A DNA stretch of 46,211 bases, counting the filler, from Catajapyx aquilonaris (lineage: Eukaryota), in the NCBI GenBank assembly GCA_000934665.2. It is 2 parts of 2 records of this genome, joined end to end, with 100 filler letters (N's around TTAATTAATTAA, not from the genome) between each part and the next. Parts side by side here need not be neighbours in the genome. Positions count along the whole stretch, not along the records: positions 23,160 to 46,211 come from JYFJ02005763.1; 1 more part is not named here. One strand, given 5' to 3'. This document shows positions 23,628-33,408 of the stretch, piece by piece; position 1 is the stretch's first letter, and each line of letters begins with the position of its first letter. The notes beneath the pieces are model-generated. The model saw only the letters and a list, made by a program, of their open reading frames with translations. It made no database searches and was not told the DNA's origin. A program made the translations under genes and the position numbers.

Positions 23628-23976
23628 TTTTTTGTTTTTTTTTTCCCAGATAGTACCCCGTGCTAGGGCCGAAAGGCCTTCTTAGGGGGTGGGAATACCA
23701 CCATATTTGGAACCATGTGTATAATTTACAATTATTTAGTTGGTCCACAATTAGGGTAGGTAGAGGGGATGTGCAAAGTGCAAGTGCTATGTCGTTACTT
23801 GGACATTTTGTGAACTCCCCCGGGTGGATTAGTCGAGCGGAAATTTCCACCCGAGACGAAGCCAGAGATGGCCCAACTCTGCACGAGATGAAGGGGGGAA
23901 TCCCGGGCTGGGATCGAACCCGGGACCTTAACATCCGTGGGCGCATGCGTTACCGCAGCACCACTCCGCCTCCCTT
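23628..23976 (-). mobile_element. tRNA-derived SINE, family B copy 2 (full length)
   Basis: Minus-strand B box GGTTCGATCCC, poly(A)-like tail, TSD TGT(A/G)CATGGTACAGTT at 23612-23627 and 23977-23992. Confidence 0.88.
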
Positions 23977-24120
23977 TGTGCATGGTACAGTTAGCAATAT
24001 GTACTGCTAAAACAGATTGGTGGCACTAAATGTGGAGCTGCCGAAACTTTCCATCAACTTGTGGCTATCATTGACACTGGTTTGGTTATTACCATTCCAG
24101 AGTCAGATGATGAAATAATT

Positions 24121-24440
24121 GTTAGGCAGGCCCAGTCTCCTGCAACTCCCAGCAATAGGCATCAATGCAGTTTGGGTGGCTGGCGAGTCTGCAAATGGGC
24201 TCCGGACCCAGCTGCAGGGGAAAGGACAGTTTGGGTTGGTTGAAGGCATCATCCCAAACCGCCTCCATGCCTGTGGAGCGGCGGCAGTGCCAAAGCCCAG
24301 GTGGGAGAGACTCTCTAAGTTCGCTACCGTATCATAAAGGCCATTTCACAAAAAAATGTCGCGCGGCAAATGGCGTTTGCCGCGCGACATTTTTTTGTGA
24401 AATGGCCTTAGGAGTTGCAGGGGGCTGGGCAGGCCTTAAC
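24121..24440. mobile_element. Foldback MITE family E copy 1 (left arm partly deleted) with a nested palindrome
   Basis: CCCAGTCTCCTGCAACTCC / GGAGTTGCAGGGGGCTGGG ends; core aligns with 31488-31763. Confidence 0.75.
24337..24409. mobile_element. 73-bp perfect palindrome (Harbinger-like mini-MITE)
   Basis: 34-bp perfect arms AAGGCCATTTCACAAAAAAATGTCGCGCGGCAAA with a 5-nt loop; absent from the sister copy at 31.7 kb. Confidence 0.85.
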
Positions 24441-24589
24441 AGCAATAGGCTAACATATTGGAACTACCTAAAAATTATGAGGATTATCAGGATAAAATTA
24501 TGTAACAGAGCATCACAGAAGTCAAATCAGTACAATATTCGGACATCCAGAAAGTATTCGAATCCTTTTGACTATAAGAAATGTTGAAT

Positions 24590-24884
24590 GAATTTCCCAA
24601 GGGGGTAGTCCCTTCGGAAAGCCGGTGTACACCCTCACTGGTGAGCCGAGGAGGGCCTGGGTGGGCCGCAGAGAGCGGGGGCAAAACGTACCTTTGTTCC
24701 TCATCATTCCTCATCATAGGACGTAGTTTGCATTCAGCAGCCCACCCCGGCTCTCCAACATGCTCATCAGTGAGTATACAGTGGCTCACCGATGCCGGGG
24801 AGGGCCAAGGAGAGCCAGTGAGTGCCGCAATTCAAGAGAGCCGGTGTACACCCTTTTGAGGAGTGACTACCCTCTTGGAATTTC
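24590..24884. mobile_element. GC-rich foldback element
   Basis: CCAAGGGGGTAGTC / GACTACCCTCTTGG ends, GGTGTACACC palindrome in both arms, internal hairpins. Confidence 0.65.
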
Positions 24885-25479
24885 CCTTAAAAAGTTATAT
24901 TATTGCACGGTAGCACATATCTTTAGTTACTGCTGCACCTAGTGACCTCCGAGGTAGTACGAATGTGGCCTAAGCCAGTGTGCCAACTGCTCTGAGTTAC
25001 CTTTACTCCTGGCAAATTCATGACATATTTACCAAGTTTCCAAAAAACTATCTGCAAGGGCTCTAATGCAGATGCATGGCCTGCAGCAATTCTGAAGTTG
25101 ATTCTACATTTTGGGGTGCCCATGAGACCACAGCAAATGGCCTACGAGGCGGGTGACCAATATTTTATGGAACAAACAGAGTTCTTCACTTATTCTCAAA
25201 GAAATTGCATGTGGCAATTTTAATAACTTCAATGGGTGACTTTCAACATTTCACTTGTGTTATCTCGCAAAAAGTTACATCACCCAAAATAATTAAAACA
25301 CATATTTTACCCTTACAATGTGATTCAGCAAAGATTAACATGTGCAGAACATCATGTACCAAGCAATCTCAAAATGTTCAACAGACTCTCCACCAACAGT
25401 AAAAAAATTCTATTTTAAATTATTATAAGCTCATATTCCAGCAGCATTGTTCATTTTTATCACCTGAGAATGTGATGCC

Positions 25480-25990
25480 CCAAGCATGACTCAACCGTTG
25501 TCCAGGCCTAAGTCAGCCCGGCCGGAAATCCACGTCAGGACCGTCCGTTCTTCATGCGGCCTAGAAGATAATGGACTGCATCCCGTCCACGAAGATTTAA
25601 CCTCCAAAAAAATGCAAAAAGAACCAAAGGGTGTAAAGAACGGGTGCTTTCCGACCGGGTGCTTAGCACCTCGCCACAACAGTATTCAATCACATCGCCG
25701 CTTAAAGTTCAAGTAACTGCTATCAAATAACGGCTTCAAGTCTCTCCAGTACTTCTCTGACTGCCAGCGCTAGTTAGGTTAATGTACCACCGCGGTCGTG
25801 GCCGCGGTTAATTTTGGTCTACTATTTCTTAGATGACCAATGTCATAGATTTCTTTGTAGCTTCTGCCTGCTACGGATGGTAAATATCTGCAATTTGAAT
25901 CCTGGCGCGGAGTTTGTCACTGCTATTAATTATCGCGATTTCAACTTAATTTGCTTGGAAACGGGACCGGCCCCGGAAACGGATTTCACT
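25480..25990. promoter_or_regulatory. CpG-rich candidate promoter region between the divergent ESRP-like and chimaerin genes
   Basis: CpG-dense relative to the CpG-poor genic DNA, no TIR or SINE features seen; CCGGAA, CCACGTCA and TGACTCA motifs. Confidence 0.45.
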
Positions 25991-27737
25991 TTTGTTTACA
26001 GCATTTTAAATTGCTTTGTACTGTTTATGCTCATTAGTAGCAACCGAGTAGCAATTATTGCTGACTATTTATAAAAGATTCGTTCAAAAATTATGGTTAT
26101 GTAATTTTAAAGTAAGCCTCTGATGTCGCCATATTTAGTCCAGTGAAGAGTCACTGTCCTGTTCAAGTCCTGTTCAATGAACTTGGGCGGACAGTGGCTG
26201 TGGGTTTATTTCTAATTAGTGTTTTGTAATATACAGTTCACACCTTCTTCTGCAATACCCACTTTGAGACCAGATGATTGTGGAGCAAATATGTCTGACA
26301 GGAGTAATGTACTAAACACATGTCAGAAGTGATAAATTCCATCATGTTGTTATCCATTGATACTAAAATTTCATAACAACTGTAGCAGAAGTGGTGACAA
26401 CATCTGAAAGGCTGTTGTAGTGTTGCCTCTTGAGCTACAGCTTCATCCCACCTTTATGCGCAGAGAGAACTATCGAAAGAGGTACCGGTACACCAACTAT
26501 TAATGGCTCAATGTAATCTTAATTATTTTGAAAACTGACTTGTGCAGACTTGTGAGGGTCCAGTACTGCTTAAACTATATCTTCAGTAATAGATATTTTC
26601 TCCAATCGGTGACAGGCAAGAAATTAATTGGCCTTGATTTTCCGCATTACTTATCGACTCACTATTCATATACAGTTGTTCAGTTTTGCTAGTGCTGATA
26701 AATACTCATTGGATACACCAATTTTGGCCCAAAATCATAAATGCGTGCTTTCACCACAGGGACTTTTAAAATGTAAGGTGATGGAATATGTGCCTAATGG
26801 CTAAGCATTAAACGAGTGATGCCGCCATTGTCAGTAATCTCACCATGTGCAGATGGCAATCAACAGTGGCAAAGGGTTGCGTACGACTTTGGTGATCAGA
26901 CTGATGGTTTCAGATGAGGTAATCACAGCAAATGAAGACCACCTTGTATAATGTTTGCATGGTTTGTAACCTTGTGGTCATGATTACTGGGGAGGGTGTC
27001 ATGCCTCATTTATTTCCATTCTTGTCGCATGATCTGTGTACCTACGATCAGTAGTGTGTATGACATTTGCCTGTGAATTAAGAAATCTCCTGAGTTTAAT
27101 ATAATCTAACTTGCACATTAGCATTTCATTTTAGCTCCTTAACAACGCTAGAAATTAGGCATGAGGGACAGAACTTTGTTAATCTTAGTTTGTATTGAGA
27201 ATATTCACAGGGTATGTATCAGTAGTGAAGACCTTTAATTCTGTGTCCTGGTTTTGTATAGTGGTACCAAACACTGACATATAATGCTGGCGAAATATTT
27301 TGCAGTCACACTTTTTTTCTCACAGGACAGTGCCACAACCTGCAGCACATGTCTCACATGCATCAAGTGAGTATTGTGCCACTGGTAGTGACACTCAGAG
27401 ATTACATGAAAATATTAGTGCTTGCAATAATATTTGGTCTCTAGCCTGTAGAATCACAATAACTCTGGACTTAACTGTTCAATTCAGTACTCTCCATGAA
27501 TGGATTTTCAACAATAGAAATGTGCTCAAATTGGTTTGACAACATGCCTAAAAACCATCACCAAGTGCCACCTCCACAGATGGAACATATATTACAATCA
27601 CTTTTATCCTCACCTTCAGGCCCCGAGTTATCTTGATTCTAGTATATGCCTACATAAGGTGTGCAGTGAACTTTGAATTGAATTTGAATGAAATATTTTT
27701 CTAATTTCAGACTGTGGTGCATGGAGGTCTTCTCACG

Positions 27738-27771
27738 ATGAAGAGTGCAATGCATATGCCACCTCATGCAG
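27738..27771 (+). CDS. Candidate first coding exon of chimaerin
   Basis: Acceptor tttcAG at 27709-27710; MKSAMHMPPHA plus a phase-1 but weak donor (G/GTGCAG) compatible with the next exon. Confidence 0.4.
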
Positions 27772-28050
27772 GTGCAGATTTTGGACATTCTTAATCACGC
27801 AAAGCCTCATTCTCACAAATTGACTCCCAAGATTGCATCTGCAATGTGCATGGAACTACCACGACAAGCAATCACACAATGGGAGTTTCCAAGTTTTTTA
27901 CTTTGTGATTGGTTACTGTGGTAACTTCTGCTGTAATCTTGGGAGTAGACTTCCAGTAACATCTGCACTGGCTTATGTAAGATTATGAATTAAGTTCAGC
28001 GATAGGTGGACACTTCTCAAGTTTGACTCATTATTATCAGTGCCACCACT

Positions 28051-28053
<3 letters not shown>

Positions 28054-28104
<51 letters not shown>

Positions 28105-28382
28105 GTATCATACCCCGTTATCAGCCGGCGGCTCTTTAGGGGGGAGTTTTTGTTTTGACTGGAACTCTTTCTTTGCATTTTTACTTCGCTTTTGGGGATA
28201 GGATAGGGACGGAAGGAAGCGGCTGTGGCCTATTATTTTAGGAAACAACCCCGGCATTTACCTGGAGGGACCTTGGGAAACCACAGAAAACCACAGTAAG
28301 GGTTGCCGGCCCCGGAGATCGAACCCAAGACCTCCCGATTAGCAGTCGGATACCATATCCCCTCCGCCACCACTGCTTCGGT
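28054..28382 (-). mobile_element. tRNA-derived SINE, family C (tail type 1) with (TTA)n tail
   Basis: GACTGCTAATC head, B box GGTTCGATCTCC; exact 15-bp TSD AGTGCCACCACTGTA at 28039-28053 and 28383-28397. Confidence 0.9.
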
Positions 28383-28733
28383 AGTGCCACCACTGTAGAA
28401 TTTAGATACACCTGCCAAGCATCTCTGAGCATGACATTAGGTTAGAAAAATGTTGGCCCTTACAGAACTTTACTTACTGAAATGTTACTTGCACCAGTAT
28501 AGAAATTACAAAGGGAATGACCAGATGATTTGCCCATGCTCTACAATCTTACATACACAGATGCATTTTAAATTTAGTTGACAAATTCATAATCTCCTAA
28601 AATATTGCATGATTATTATTTAAATATTTAGTACACAATAGCACAAGTAATAACATTCTCGATGCACAGCAAGCTAAACACACTGCGATAACTAGCAGAG
28701 AAATATTCTTCACCTGTTGTTCCTTCTTTGCAG

Positions 28734-28775
28734 TTCCTACAGAAGATCAGACACCTAAAGTATGGAAGTCTTATT
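28734..28775 (+). CDS. CHN1: Chimaerin exon (PTEDQTPKVWKSY)
   Basis: AG/GT bounded 42-nt exon; joins the next exon to give VWKSYLYQLQ, the alpha2/beta2-chimaerin N-terminal motif. Confidence 0.88.
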
Positions 28776-28954
28776 GTAAGTTGCCAGAATAGATAATCAT
28801 TTTATTTTAGGATTAGGTTGTTGAGATGATTAGTAAATCTGTTGAGATTCTACAAGAAACCAAGCAGCTTTTAATGCAATATTACAGAGATTAGTGTGAT
28901 GACATCATGTTGGTGACCCTATCTCAATTAATTGATGGCAGAGAATTCTTTATA

Positions 28955-29392
28955 CAGGGTGAAGGGAAACTTGTGGACAATCGTCAGGTAGACTGATAGT
29001 ACTCATAAAACTATATAGGGATGTGTGTAATTAATTTTGGGCTCCGTTGCATAGTTAATGCGTACGGCGCCTTTTAATTGTAGAGGGCCGGATGCTAAAA
29101 TATTAGGTAAAAACGACTAAGTACATGGGCATAGTACCCGGATTCTTACTCTGGCTGGATTTGATCACCTATTGCACATGGACATAGTGTTATGGACCCA
29201 AGGCTGGATTGTTCAGAGGCCCTTGAGCTGGCTTTTTCTTATTTGAAGCTGGCGGAACAGATGTGATGTCATGAAACTTTGACGGTGCTGTATGCATTAA
29301 CTACACAACGGCACCCAAAACTAATTGCACATCCCTATATTAGTTTTACGAGTACTATCAGTCTACCTGGCGATTATCCGCTAGTTTCTCTG
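28955..29392. mobile_element. Mariner-type MITE
   Basis: TA-CAGGGTG end; CAGGTAGACTGATAGTACTC / GAGTACTATCAGTCTACCTG arms. Confidence 0.8.
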
Positions 29393-29616
29393 TATATTTA
29401 CTTGCTGCTATTTGATTGATTGATTGAATTAAAAAGTTCACTCAATTTCTAGTTCGATATAACTGCACAACTGCAAGTTGTCATGAGGTGGCTTCTGGAT
29501 GAGCAAAAAAAAAATCTGCGTAGGGTACCACTTGCAATGCAAAATATTTACTGCTAAAATTGGAACTTGTTAGTTTCATTTTTCATAGACATGATTCTAA
29601 TTTTTATAATGAACAG

Positions 29617-29815
29617 TGTATCAGCTGCAGCTGGAAGCCCCTACTCCAAAGGCTGTGTCATGCATGAAAGAAATCAACAGTAGGCCACGGCAATATGGAC
29701 AAGAGTTCCATGGGCACATATCCCGTGAGGAGGTTTCACGGCTGACGTTGGAAGAAGGGAGTTACCTTGTTCGAGAAAGTGAGGGTGCAGATGGCTTTTG
29801 TACCTTGACTCTGAG
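29617..29815 (+). CDS. CHN1: Chimaerin exon, SH2 N-half
   Basis: YQLQLEAP...RPRQYGQEFHGHISRE...GSYLVRES; AG/GTATGT donor. Confidence 0.93.
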
Positions 29816-30232
29816 GTATGTAGTGTATGTAGAGGTTTCCTTATAAAATCAATTGAAAGTGATGTAAATGCATATAACTAGGTATGCTTGAAATTCAGAA
29901 ATGTGAACAGCTAGAATTTTAAAATATCTTGTGACATTTTCACCAATCAAAAGTGGTGTGGAATTGCCAGTAAAATGTGTCTTTAGAACTACCCTCATAT
30001 TTCTTGGCAGTAGAGCCACATCCTCTATCCATCTCTAAGCTCTACCCTTCAGTGATTGGTTAATAATGAATTGAAAAAAATTAATAAATAATAATAACAA
30101 TAATAGGATTAGTGCACTGGCAATGTCAGGCATATGACATGCTACCTTTTATTTGCATGTTATGTGTACAAGCTTGATCTTTTTCTGTAATGCCAGGATG
30201 TGTTACCTGCATTGAATCATTGCTATTTCCAG

Positions 30233-30500
30233 AGTAAATGGACTCCTCAAGCATTTCAAGCTCTACTATGAGGATGGGTGCCATTATGTTGGTGAGAAAA
30301 AGTTCCGCCATCTTCATGACCTGGTTGCAGATGGTTTGGTCACTTTGTATTTGGAAGCTAAAGCAGGTGATTACATTCAGCTGATGTGCAATAAGGTTAG
30401 TTATGAAGACAGCCCATATATGACTCTTAATAGTCAGAAGAGGAAAACAATACAAGAACAGCAAAGGCTTGGGAAGTTTACTCCAGCATTCCAACCCATG
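30233..30500 (+). CDS. CHN1: Chimaerin exon, SH2 C-half
   Basis: HFKLYYEDGCHYVGEKKFRHLHDLVADGLVTLYLEAKAGDYI; splice phases consistent with neighbours. Confidence 0.93.
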
Positions 30501-30567
30501 GTAAGTTGATGAATAGGTTTATATAGTTTTTATTACAATGAATGATACTGTATTTCATATTTGGCAG

Positions 30568-30691
30568 GTGCAGCAAAGACGTAATGATAACGTGCACACA
30601 TTCCAAGTTCATACATTCAAAGGCCTTTATTGGTGTGACTTTTGCGGAAACTTCATGTGGGGTATTAAAGCTCAAGGTGTTCGTTGTGAAG
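30568..30691 (+). CDS. CHN1: Chimaerin exon, C1 domain
   Basis: [32 protein letters not shown]. Confidence 0.93.
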
Positions 30692-30747
30692 GTAAGCTTA
30701 TCATCCAGTGAATGAGACAGGAATAATCACAAAAATTGTTGCTGTAG

Positions 30748-30999
30748 CATGTGGATTTAGTGCACATCGCCGTTGTTCCGAAAAAGTTCCCGATGACTGT
30801 TGCCCAGACCTCAAGCACATTCGTGGAGTGTTTGGTGTGGATCTCACAACTCTTGTCAAAGCACATCAAACATCGTGGCCTTTTGTCTTAGAGAAATGTG
30901 TTCAGGAGATTGAGAAACGAGGCCTTAATTCCGAAGGATTGTACAGAGTATCTGGTGCTGTGGAACAAACTGAAACCCTTAAACTTGCATTTGACCGAG
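30748..30999 (+). CDS. CHN1: Chimaerin exon, end of C1 and start of RhoGAP
   Basis: [17 protein letters not shown]...[13 protein letters not shown]...EGLYRVSG (arginine finger intact). Confidence 0.95.
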
Positions 31000-31065
31000 G
31001 TATTGTATAATGGTTAGTCCTTGTACAGTTGCATGTTACTGACTTTTCTTGTCTTTTCTTTGTAG

Positions 31066-31203
31066 ATGGATCACAAGCTGATATAAGTTCCAGTGTATGT
31101 GATGACATCAATTCCATAGCTGGTGTTCTCAAACTTTATTTGCGACTTCTGCCCATACCACTTGTTACATTTGAGACTTATCCTTCTCTCATGCTTGCTA
31201 CTA
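31066..31203 (+). CDS. CHN1: Chimaerin exon, RhoGAP
   Basis: DINSIAGVLKLYLRLLPIPLVTFETY. Confidence 0.95.
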
Positions 31204-31487
31204 GTAAGTATTACCCTTCTGTTGCCTACAGGTGTTGTTATGAAATCAGTAATATAGGTAATTCACAGCTTGACAAATTCTAAGATGATCGCAATGTTTT
31301 GTGCAATCTGCCACAATCGTGATCACACTTACCAGTGTGACATCCAATTGGGAGGCTGCATGAAGTTATGTCAGAATTTTCCAATGATGTACAAGGAGCT
31401 TAGGAAATCTTCAAACACTTGCTCCCAAGTGCTCTCTGAAAAATCTGGCAGATTTAAGTACTTCATGGTCAGAGTCCTTCTGTCTCC

Positions 31488-31763
31488 CCCAGCCCCCCGC
31501 AACTCCTTCAATATGGTAGTGTACTTAGATTCTTAGAGAGCATCCGTCAGCCCGGAATTTAGCACTGGCGCAGCTCCACAGGCAGCTGCCCGAATCCAAG
31601 ACTGTAAATGCACTACGGACCCAACTGCAGAGGAAAGAAGGTTTGGGTTGGTTCATAAGGCATCCTCCCGAATCTGACTAGATGCCTGTAGCGCCAAATT
31701 CCAGGGTTGCGGAGACTACATTACTGTCACCGTAAGGCTAGGCAGGGAGTTACAGGGGGCTAG
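31488..31763. mobile_element. Foldback MITE family E copy 2
   Basis: Left arm is the reverse complement of the right arm of copy 1; shared core GGACCCA(A/G)CTGCAG.GGAAAG...GTTTGGGTTGGTT. Confidence 0.75.
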
Positions 31764-32167
31764 TCTCCCCCAAGGCACTCTTCAAGTTTCTGTTGTACTT
31801 AGTTACAAACCATAATTATGGTCACGACAACTATTAACCCAGTGCCAAATACAATTCTATGTTCTGCCCCACCTGGTGTGACATATTGTATCATTTTGTA
31901 GCAGGATGAAGTGTATGCTCCTGTACACTGCTTGTCCAAGAGTGTACCTTGCGCTGTATCAGTGTTGCATTAGCTGCGAGATGGATTGGCGCAAGTTCCT
32001 TTTGGCTAAAGTCACACTTTCCAATTGGCTTGTGAAATGTAAATGACCTCATTCAGTTTAGCTGCGATATTTATAACTTCTCTACATTGAATGTTTCTTA
32101 ATTTAAACTTTTTAAAAAACTGTCCCTGGGAGATTTTCGTTATAGAAGTTCCACTGTACATTCACAG

Positions 32168-32276
32168 AAAAAAATACTTCCCCGGCGATTCTGAAGAGTA
32201 TTCGTGAAGCCCTAACAACTGTGCTTCCTGTAGCACACTACAACACCCTGAAGTATTTGATGCAACATTTGTCAAG
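32168..32276 (+). CDS. CHN1: Chimaerin exon, RhoGAP
   Basis: LPVAHYNTLKYLMQHLSR; AG/GTGAGA donor. Confidence 0.92.
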
Positions 32277-32580
32277 GTGAGAGGAGGCCATGCATATGGA
32301 ATGACCAAGTAGATGCTTGCTCACAGCAGGAGTGGGACCATTAAAACTAGTGAAATGTGCTTGACATAACATTATGAAATCAGCATTGTGCTAGTTTACA
32401 GTAACCAGTAGAGGTGTGATGCTGCTTTTATGAATTATGCAAATAATGTGACGCTTTCAGACCCAAAAATCCATAGTACAGTATTAGGCAAATGCGTTAT
32501 GAAGGTCATTGTGCATGGTCTGCTGCTGTCATTGCTCTAGACAGCAGCAGCATCATAACTACTCACTCTGTGCTTTTCAG

Positions 32581-32755
32581 GGTGGCCGCAAAAAGCAGCC
32601 AGAACAAAATGACAGCTTACAACTTGAGCACCGTGTTTGCTCCAACTCTGATGCCCATTCCAGAACCTCAGTCACACTTGAGCCTACCAGAATTGAAGAG
32701 GGAGAGCTTGGTCATTGAACTGATGATTAAAGAGTACACAACTATATTTGGATAG
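32581..32755 (+). CDS. CHN1: Chimaerin terminal exon
   Basis: NKMTAYNLSTVFAPTLM...VIELMIKEYTTIFG then TAG. Confidence 0.93.
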
Positions 32756-32927
32756 GGGGTCAATGGTCACTATTGTTAATATAAATTTTTACTTGCAAAT
32801 ATAAACTATATTGATCTTATTGAATGTTTTCCATTGATTTATTTAACTTTTATAAGTACTGATCAAGCTATAGCTATTTCAGCACTCAATGATTAGTAGT
32901 TTGTTGAAATTTTTTATGAAGCACTAT

Positions 32928-33408
32928 AGGGTCATTCCCACGTGCCACAGGGATCATGATCCTTACCCCCGAAAAACGCGACTGGGGTGTTCCCACATGC
33001 CCTTCCTCCACCCGAAAGCGTTTACGAAGGTGACTGTGGCAGCCAACTTGCAGAAGTTGACTGCCAGGTTCCTAGTCGCGATCCTGACGTCACTCTGAGC
33101 AACATGGCAGCTCTCTGCTTGGCCCCGTCTTCCCCCTCGCTCTGCGGGCAGCCAGGACCTGTGTAATAACGTAGATAGCATGCCTCCATGCTATTACAGC
33201 CAGGCCCGTCGTAGAGTCACCCGTGCCTTTGGCCTGGAGCCGAAGTGAGAGTCATTTTTTCGCCAGGCGGGAGGGCATGGTTCCAGACCAATCCACCGAA
33301 AATCACGAAAAGTACGTGGCTCATGGAAACAGTCACCAAACGATCCTGATTTTGCCCCTCAGAAATGTGGTTCAAGATCGAGATTTTGTGGCACGTGGGA
33401 ATGACCCT
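32928..33408. mobile_element. MITE with perfect 22-bp TIRs
   Basis: AGGGTCATTCCCACGTGCCACA / TGTGGCACGTGGGAATGACCCT. Confidence 0.8.

Noticed and set aside
24200..24285. Possible pseudoknot or ribozyme (AGGCAT loop pairing with ATGCCT), also at 31620-31690
   Set aside because: The complementarity is largely explained by the long inverted arms of foldback family E, and no hammerhead, HDV or twister core was seen.
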